Assembly: GCA_050084985.1 (NCBI GenBank)
Contig: JBITNC010000001.1
Location: forward strand, 111,910,001-111,974,000
Source: Nageia nagi
Taxonomy: Eukaryota > Plantae > Pinophyta
Direction of reading: 5' to 3'
Length of the DNA stretch: 64,000 bases
Positions 54,833 through 64,000 of the stretch are shown here, in pieces. Position 1 is the first letter of the stretch; the number at the start of each line of letters is the position of its first letter. A program made the translations under genes and the position numbers. Under the pieces are notes generated by a model, which saw nothing but the letters and a program-made list of their open reading frames with translations, was not told the origin of the DNA and did not search any database.

Positions 54833-57511
54833 ATATAAGAAAAAGGAAAGAAAATCAATCGATGAATGTTTTCCCAATAGAATGAAGATATGTCAAACCC
54901 TATATAATAGGAATAAAAGTAATCCATATCTTCTAAAAAGGTAATTTTATTAATAATATCAAGTAATGTAATATTATTCAAATCTAAGAAGGATGCTCCA
55001 ATTGGTAGGTGTTAACAAAATCTTAATATCCCAACATATACTTTCTTCTACATGCATTTCCACATGTTTGTAGTCTATCACATATTTCTTCTATAATATA
55101 TATACTCTCCCATAGTGATTACATTATTCATCATGATATTTAATATTTGGTAGTTGTTATTCAATACTTGATAATCATCCTATCATGGGGCATACCAAGT
55201 ATCATTCAAATGATCTTTTAGTGAAGTGTGTATGTTAGTTATCTTATAATCCCTTGAATATATAATTATATCATTGAATATCTATTAGTGTCACTTAGTT
55301 ATCTTAATGTCATTTCATTATTAATTATTTAAGCTAAACATATCTACTTGGTCATATTTCATTTATCATACCATGACTGTTTGCTAGCTAAATTAATATT
55401 TTGCTATTCATTGAACCAATACATTTCCATCATTGAACTAATATGGTTTGGTTACCAATAAGGTTCATTCATAAAACCAATAAGTTACTTTGATGATTCA
55501 ATTGTTAATATCATATTCGATAGCTTTCCATGTTGAAAGGGTGAAAACAAGAAGTTGAATCCACTTAAAGGGGAAGTGAGTAAAATTGACGATGTTAAAA
55601 TTCAATATCAAAAAAACTAGTATCCTACTTTTTAGAAATTAAAATTGGGATATTGATTTAGGTTCAGGATCCAAATATATATCGAGATATTAATACTTAA
55701 TACTAAAATATGTACAAAAATCTCTAATTTTACCTCATATTTAGGCTCAAAAAAAGGCTTGGTGAGCCACCACTTAGTTTTGGACCTGTAAGTATATGTT
55801 CATGGCAATGTTAATGGAAAATCTCAACTTCAGGCATATGTTTGATGGAGATTTTGGTACAATATTTTCATGAAATTAAAACCCATTATATATTAAAGAG
55901 TTTAGATACAAAATATCTAATTTTTTAGAATTGGATAAATTTAATATTTTTTAATATTTTTTGTAAAAGTGGTCCATATATTTGAAATATGAGGGTCTCT
56001 TATTTTCTTAAAAACTTTTTTTTTAGAGTTATGAAAAAAATATTATATAGGGACAAGTTCATAAAATTCTCTATAAGAAAAAAAAGTTTGAAAAAGGATT
56101 AGGTTTAGATAAAATTATTTAGATAGACACAAGCACTTTTCAAAACAACAAACATGCTCAATAAAAAATTAATTAAAAAATAATATTTATGTAAAAATTA
56201 TGGAAAAATATCCAAGACAAGCTCCAATATGTTACATATCCTTTTCTAAAAGAATTTTAAAAAATACCTTTATTTTTGTCAAATTATGTTGGATGGACAT
56301 GTGGATGGTATTGTCCAATTTTTGTTTTTAATGTGGTTCCTATTCCTCCTATCAAATTTTAAATTTATGATCTAGGTATTGGGATAAATTATATATTTGA
56401 ACAATAGACTCTCAAAACTACATTTTCATCTTAGTGACCTAATTCCATGTCTAAGTGCTTAACATTTTGTGATTAATCATACCCAAATTTGAATATAAAG
56501 GAAAATACTTACACTTTTTGGCCTTAGAGTGGATCTAACTTCTTCCACCCACCCAAAATCCTCCCTAAGTTAATACAAAATATCATCCTCTAGAATTTTT
56601 AGAAAAATTAACATTATGCCGACAAGGTCATCACTATGAAGTTAAATAAATCAAAGTAAGAAATGAGGAGCTTTTTTGTTTTATTGGCTCTCTTTGAAGT
56701 TGATAGAATCTTATTTATCATATTGATGAAGCAATGGCATATCCTATAAGAATAGAATGTATAGGTCTCAGTATAGGTTCCATCATCATAATTCCTATTT
56801 GTAGTCATTACTAGTCCTACTCTATGCAAACCAATTGATGTTGTTCCATAAAATAACCCATTTGGTCATAATAAATATATAGTTTGTATGCCTTACTTAT
56901 GATCCAATGTTCTCCATAATTTCTATTAATCAAAATATTTTTCTCTTTCAATTCTTCCCAATTGACTACTATTTCTTTACCTCTTTCTCTATGTGCCTCT
57001 TGTGCTTTTTCTTCTTGTTTGATCTCATTAGTTTTGTCTTCACCTTGGACAAGTTTGGTAACTAGTTATTAATTTAGTATTCTTATAAATTGTAATGAAA
57101 CTTTTTAAAATGTATAACCCAAGATATCCCTTAATATTTATCCTTAGAGGTTCAATTATTCAAATATGTGGGATCCATTGTAATAAACTTGGTTAGGATA
57201 TCTTTGAGAGAGTTTTGTTATATAAGAAAGAAGAAAGAAACTTGATCAATTGATGATATATTGAACCCCATAAAATAGGAAGAAAAGTAATCCATTTTTT
57301 AAAATAAGTCGATTTTATTAATAATATTAAGAAATATAATAATATTAATAGCCAAATAGAATCCTAATGTCCTAATATATACCTTCTTCTCCATGTTCAT
57401 CCAAATGTTTGTAGTCAATCATACCTTTCCTGTATAATATATATACTCTCCCATACTGATTATATAATTTAGCATGATATTTGACATTTGGTAGTTACTA
57501 TTTGATACTTG
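54833..57511. repeat. Direct repeat pair 54833-55170 and 57221-57511
   Basis: Shared 'aaaagtaatccat', 'ttttattaataatat', 'atgtttgtagtc', 'tataatatatatactctcccata', 'atttggtagtt'. Confidence 0.75.
55539..56554. mobile_element. Non-autonomous DNA transposon, family copy 3 (1016 bp)
   Basis: Termini GGGTGAAAACAAGAAGTTGAATCCACTT ... AGTGGATCTAACTTCTTCCACCCACCC; flanks GAAA/AAAA. Confidence 0.85.
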
Positions 57512-57949
57512 GCACTTGGCCTAAAACTTATTTGGCTTATGATGTTAGAATATATGGATCATCTTCTACTCTATCCCCATGTTGTAATATGCTCATGTTA
57601 ACCATTGTGTATCTCATTTCATTAATTTTAATTCCACTCTTAATATCAAGAATTTTCACCAAATCATATTTGAACAAGGGGTATTCCCATTATAAGAAAT
57701 TGAATAAAATGATTTCCTTAAAAACACCATAATATATGATTATTTTAGTAACTTGGTTTGTGTCTTTTACTTACAAGTGATTTGCAACTAAAAATTTAAT
57801 CAACACACATGTTGATATTTTGAGTCATTCTTTGTTCATCTATGTATTTGGTATTAAATCTATAAGTGTTGATCAAATAGCCTAAAAAAATAGTTAGATA
57901 TTGAATCAAACCATGTGCCAACCATTTTATTATATCAAAATCATCATTA

Positions 57950-60900
57950 TTATGTTGTCATTTATCTCCTTAAAACTAGAACAAAGAATAATAATTTAAA
58001 GATTATTGAAAAAAATTACATTATTATCATTACATATATCGAATATTATATTCAAGTGAGCACAATAACTTGATTTTGTAATCAAGTGATGAATTCCTTG
58101 ATATGAACTTTTGGCATCACCACTACATTTCTCATGATATGAGGGTTGGATTAATTGATACTCATATTGTGCTTCTTGATTTAGCAAAAAACTTATCAAG
58201 CATAGTCAGATCAAAAAACTATTTGATCCTATATTTTATATAATAGCAATAAATAAATATTTAATTACTCTACCCAAGGTAGAACTTCATCTAGGTTCAT
58301 AATAATGCTTTCATGAACTTACTTAAGAGAAATTTTATCCAAATTAAATACTTTTCCATTATACAATAGCCTCCCATAAACTATTGTTTCTTCAACATTA
58401 GTACCTACATTATTGCTTGAAATGTGATAGCAAATCACTTCTAAACCTCTCATATAGTTTACATGCAATGAAATAGTTTTGTCGAGAACATATCACTTGG
58501 TAATACAACCTTTAAGCCTAGCTTGATTCTTTGCATAAATCTTATAAATATCCATAAATCTAAGAAAAAATAAATTTATGAGATTCTATAGAAAAATAAA
58601 AAAATGATGGTTTATAAAACTAATGAACACATACAAACCTCTTGAAATAGTACATCCATAGAAACTGTACAAGTACACATAGTGTACCATGATATAGAAA
58701 ATGAAGGGTGGAGTATTTTTATAGAAAACATAAGTTCTCATTGATATCTTCATCTAATTTCACCAATTTTTTGAAATCCATCACTTTTATGGATATATCC
58801 CTATAGAACATGCATAACTTACAAATGGATTTTTCCATTAGCTTATCAAGCACATATCGTAGTGCTATCAGAATAAGGTTTTACATGATAATATTACATT
58901 TGTGTGATTGAATGATATATTTTTGGTTTTTGAATAATATCCTTTAGGTACTTTCATGTCATAAAATATTTAACATAACCTTTATTTCTCTACCTTCGAT
59001 AGATTGTAGTGTGCTATTCGAAGATGTATCCTTCCATTATGAGTTTCTTCCAATAATAAAATCTTGATCTTGAACTATTTTAAATCATAATGAGATACTT
59101 TCCATCCTTTTTCTTTATTTCAATACCCAATAGTATCCCAACTAGTGTTTCATAGATATTTTTCTTTACATGCATCACATCCAAGTTATGGTGAAGTAAA
59201 AGATCTTGTTCATAGATAGAAACCTCAAACTAAAATTATTTGATATTTGAAATATATAACAATAAATAAAATCATTAAATTGCATGTTGTACCATCCAAT
59301 ATGATAGATCAAATGATATATATTTCTTCTTCAATCCTTTGATGCTCTCATCATTGTTCTTACATTTCCTTTTTTTTTGAATTTTTCAAATCCCCTAATT
59401 TCATGGGATATTTTGTACCTCTTCCACTATTGCACTCCTATTTAAATGTAAGGGTTCTTTATCCCACTCTTCCTTGTTATTGAAATATTCTTTTTGATGA
59501 TGAAATGGATGATCCATGGAAAAAAATATTCTATGGTCCATATAAATGTTCTTTTTACTACATGGAAGTCATATTGAACAAGTGTTCTCCCTATATATTG
59601 GATATAGAAAGAATCCCTTTATCATAGATCTTATTAGGTTCCAATAATAAGGAAAATCATGAGTGGCCCACATCACTATTTCTTTCATATTGAATCCAAT
59701 TTTTTAGAATGCATCATATGTTTCTACTCCACCAGTCTAGAGTTTGAGCAAGTCGATAACAAATGGTTGTAGATAAATATAAATATTAATTTTTTGTTTC
59801 TTGGGGTGAAGTATTGTCAATCTAATAATTGAGTAATTCTTATTCACTAAAATCCATTATGGAAGGTTGTATATGACCAACATAATAGGCTAATAAGTAT
59901 AGCAAGAAATAAAGTTGATGAAAGGGTTGAATCCATCAGTTGCCATTGCTAGTCATATATTACATGATTCTTTAGAAAACTTTGGCCACATATAATCTAT
60001 CTTTTACCATATTAAAGATTCAATTAGATCTCACATAATACCATCCAAACTCTTATGTTGTGAATGCAACCCCATATTCTCTATAACCTCTTTAGAACTA
60101 TAAGAATAAAGGAATTTATTTTAGCCATGTATAACAATATTAAGAGAAATAAACATAATAAACCTATTCTTATAGTAAATTTATTTACTTATATATTTTC
60201 TATAACCTATATAAAATGGAAAAATACCTCAATACCTTCATAGGAACCTTATTATTTGATTTATTTTTCAAATGATGATCAAATTTCCAACATGATTCAG
60301 CATATTTTGGGCAAGCTTCAAGATTTTCATATTCTATCTAACATAAAATACAATAATTTTTGCATGCATATATTAGTACATAATTTAATCTTAATATATT
60401 TAGCATTTTATTTGTTGCATATGAGTACTCTAGAATTCTATTACCGATTGGAAGCATATCTCTTAGCAATTCTACTAAATTACTAGAGCTTCTATGTAAC
60501 TAACCTTGTTTAGCTTTGAAATGATATTATTTAGCTATTTTCAATAATATTATGTACTTTATACAACCTATGCATAATGGTTATTTACCAACATCTTGGA
60601 CAAACCTATGAAATTCATCATAAGCATATTCAAACTAAATATCATTATCTTGTAGTTCTTGTAGACTCTTTGAGTAATTGATATTTTCCATTCCAACGAT
60701 ATCATCTTGTACACTCTCCATAATTGAACACACATCCATGGTGGTGCACATGTCTGATGCATTTTGGTCATAAGTAGATGTTTCTTCTCCATGCAAATAA
60801 AAAATGTTATATGTCATGTCAAATCCATGACAAAATAAGTGCTCATGAACCTCCTCAAAACTATTAAATTAATATTTTTGTACCTTCAACATGGACATAT

Positions 60901-61010
60901 AATTATTTTAGGACCCATCAAATTTTTTTGCAAATGTAATGAATTTACAAACCCCATAAAAAATATTTCTCACTATTTCTAGTTGCATGTAATCATGCTT
61001 TATCCATAAT
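57950..61010 (-). mobile_element. CACTA/EnSpm transposase (Tnp2 family) pseudogene
   Basis: Minus strand: transposase-associated domain 'IICPC...VHEHLFCHGFDMTYNIFYLHGE' (~60905-60785); 'WPKFSKESCNI*LAMATDGFNPF' (~59990-59920); 'LVIYNLP*W'; 'MWATHDFP'; 'LHHNLDVMHVKKNIYEN' (~59197-59147). Termini not identified. Confidence 0.9.
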
Positions 61011-61264
61011 GCTTGACAAAAAATGTCCTTAAAATAGCCACAACATAGATAGGGTCAAAGTTAAACTTGGTCCATTTCAAAAACAATAATTTTCTTTTAC
61101 ATAAAAAAAGGATTTTTAGAGTGTATTATCTACCAATGATGGTACTAATAATATTAAACTATTTTATCTAATGAAGCATTTGGAATCAAAGCCAATACAC
61201 TCATAGAATTGAAATCAAGTAATATGCTCTTTTTTAGCATGATTTGCTTTGCATGATACAAATA

Positions 61265-61539
61265 ATTTCATGGTTTGTAATGATTATAGGATGAAAAAAA
61301 ATGGACTTTTTGGAAATGTAGTTAACCTTGACTTATCTAACTCAAGGTGGTTTGAATAGGTTATCCTAGGGGAAATACATCCAACCTTTATATCTTATTA
61401 TATTTATTACGAAGGTAATACAACATATCATTTAATTTCTTTGTTACAAAATAGAAGATGTTGTGGGTTCCTTCATTGCTTGGTTGGTATCATAACAATT
61501 TCATGGGATGCAATGATTGTAATATATGCACAAAATGGG

Positions 61540-61599
<60 letters not shown>

Positions 61600-62460
61600 A
61601 AAAATACATAAAGTGTAGAAATATAAGCCTTATTATGCAATGATGCACCTTAAGAATAATGTAAAAAGATTCAATTATACTATTAAAGTACTACAAGCAT
61701 GTTTTATCTAACTTACCACTTTTGAACTAGTTTTTGACACTTTCTTAAAGTATAGTGTTTCATCATGTACCCAATTTTACACCTTAAAAGTGCATCTATT
61801 TACAATTCTATATAGTCTTTCATATTTATACACATCTTACAATCATAGAATTAATCATAATTATACTTGAATTATTAATGTACTTGACCATATAGGCTAT
61901 CTTGAAGGATCTTTGAACTTGATTGCCAAAATACCCATAAACCTTGAATTGGGTGCATGCATGTGTATACTTGCTACTTGTAAATTAAATATTATTTCTC
62001 ATGCAAGCTATCTTGAGAATCACCTACCAGATATGATATAAAGTATTTTGCTTCATCTATGCCTATGTCTACATGGAAAAATCATTTCATGTCATAACAA
62101 TTTCATGGTCTACAATGATTGTATGGTAAGCACAAACTAGGTTCTCTAATAAAGACCCATAAATGTGTATGCAAAATGAGGAACAATACATAAGGCCTAA
62201 TAAATGTTTGATAAGATGTATGATGCAAATAGTTTTATAATCTATAATGATTGTAGATATACATAAAATGGATTTTCTAGAAAAGGCCCATAGACATGTA
62301 TGTTAAATGTGGAAGGAAATACAAGGCCCAAGATTTATTTGATAAGATATAAAATGTAAATAGTTTCATGGTTTGCAATGATTAAAGGATATACATAAAA
62401 TGGAATTTTTAGAAAATACCAATACATATTTATGCAAAATGTGGAAGAATACACAAGATT
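61265..62460 (+). pseudogene. PLS-class pentatricopeptide repeat (PPR) gene fragments
   Basis: 'ISWDAMIVIYAQNG' (~61498-61540); 'IINVLDHIGYLEGSLNLIAKIPINLELGACMCILATCK' (61871-61984; cf. MVDLLGRAG.L.EA...I..MP.KP....W..LL.AC); 'MYVKCGRKYKAQDLFDK', 'VSWFAMIKGYT*NG', 'YAKCGRIHK' (62100-62460). Confidence 0.8.
61541..61597. repeat. (TA)28T microsatellite
   Basis: Perfect TA run of 57 nt. Confidence 0.99.
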
Positions 62461-63654
62461 TATGTGTAGACCCAAAATAATGCAATTAATTGTTAACGAC
62501 TGGTTAATTAATGCACTATTGGGCTACTTGTTTATTTTTGATGCATATATCTAAAATATGGTAATAACAAATAACAAAAAAAGACTTTTGTTTAACTAGA
62601 TCGCATATTCATTCCATTAAGAAAAACATACATGAAATATAAGCATATATTCACCCAATTGTTCTTCATTCTCTACTTGTCGATCATTGGCCTTATTGTG
62701 GCATCTACAATATCCTTTAGCCTTGATGATGATCTTCTATTTGATTTTTAATTGATAGAGTCACCTCCTTTGAAGATATTCAATCCCATTTTTGGTTGCC
62801 TTTGATGTCTTTATATAGCAACACTTCTATTATATGATTTGATCCCTAAGTCATGATATGGTTTTCCATTATATGAATTACATAACTTTGGGTATTTTTA
62901 ATCCCTTATTCATATAATACATTATTAAGGATATAAAATGAATTATTTAACAAATAATAATTCATTTTTAGGCATCTACATTTGTCCCTGTTTGGAGGTG
63001 TGATTGAAGCAATGAAATTACATGTCCAAAGAAGTGTAGAAAAAACAAATTTAAGAACTTTGATCAATTTACTGTACTATCCCTTGTTGTTGTTGTTGAT
63101 GATGATGAAGATCTCTTGTTGCCCCCTTTTGACTTGGATGCCCTAGAAAAGGTCCTTGAATTGTGAAACCAAGGCCAAATCTAATGAATTATCTCTCTCT
63201 AAGAATGATGTTATGTGACAGATGGAGATAACTTATGATATGATGTAGCTGGATAGTCCCATATCAAATTTTGGAGATGGAAGATGTTTTTCCCCTTATA
63301 CTACATCAACCATGAATTTAGTTGTTTCATCATTTTTGATACTTAGGAACCATTCACACTTACATTCATTCTTTTAAATAGAGAGGATCTACTTTTATTG
63401 AAATTAAATGGTGATGAAATGGACATTGCTAATGGCTTGGGGAATAGTAAACATCTCATTGATAGCATGGAAATCTATGTATTTACTTCTACTCTTCGAG
63501 ATGTAGAAACATGTAATGAAGTGTAAGTCATAAAAATATAGTGGATGCATAGTGAGTTATGTTATCCATTGATGATGAATCAATGTCAGCCATCTACTTT
63601 TGGCTACATCATCAATTTATCTTATAAGCAAGTGAACTCTCCATAGCCACATCA

Positions 63655-64000
63655 TTAGCCAATGATGATGATACATTTTATGTCTATGATTAGAAGATAG
63701 TATGCTTTAGATTGATTCAAAGAAAAAACTATGTGGATACATAGCAAGTTGTATCATACATTGGAGATGATCAAATATCAACATCTTGCTCACAGTTGCA
63801 TCATTAATTTATATTTTAAGTGAGTGATCTCTCACTAGACGTGTCATTGGCCATCAATGATCATACATTTTATGTTTATGATTTGAATACATTATGGTTT
63901 GGATTGGTTCAAATAAAAACCATGTAAATACATAGCAACGTGTATTTTCCATTGGAGATGATCTAATATCAACATTTTGCTCATGACTATATCATTGATT
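63655..64000. repeat. Tandem duplication, ~191-192-bp period, running off the window end
   Basis: 'tacattttatgt.tatgatt' at 63672 and 63864; 'atacatagcaa', 'cattggagatgatc.aatatcaacat.ttgctca' in both copies. Confidence 0.8.

Noticed and set aside
61458-61643. ORF with an (IY)n repeat
   Set aside because: Artefact of the (TA)n microsatellite.
62099-62460. CRISPR-like or satellite array
   Set aside because: Eukaryotic context, no unique spacers, and the units translate to PPR motifs.

Overview
Very AT-rich, CpG/CHG-depleted plant nuclear DNA. The TE families and the protein style suggest a gymnosperm (inference). The window is mostly old, nested transposon debris: a Ty1/copia element (1869-~21997) enclosing a chromoviral Ty3/gypsy element with ~5-kb LTRs (2681-17131); a minus-strand gypsy (23652-29713) carrying a MITE and an intact 269-bp TRIM; a third truncated gypsy (~43.0-46.9 kb); several L1 LINE relics; a CACTA transposase relic (~58-61 kb); and PLS-class PPR gene fragments (61.3-62.5 kb). 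Only one intact host gene is present, a 3-exon 2-oxoglutarate/Fe(II) dioxygenase (minus strand, 33819-32726, 305 aa) in a CpG-retaining island. The most notable observations are: (1) a three-copy DNA-element family with GGGT...ACCC-type termini and 4-bp TSDs, which fits none of the usual seed-plant superfamilies (Sola-like?); (2) a very small TRIM with 64-bp LTRs, a perfect TSD and a B-box-like motif; (3) a collapsed 'ghost' tandem paralog just upstream of the 2OGD gene; (4) one-sided CpG retention in one LTR of a pair; (5) a 132-nt tandem repeat built from PPR motifs. I saw no convincing new multi-gene system. Identities were judged by eye unless counted explicitly, and many TE boundaries are approximate.
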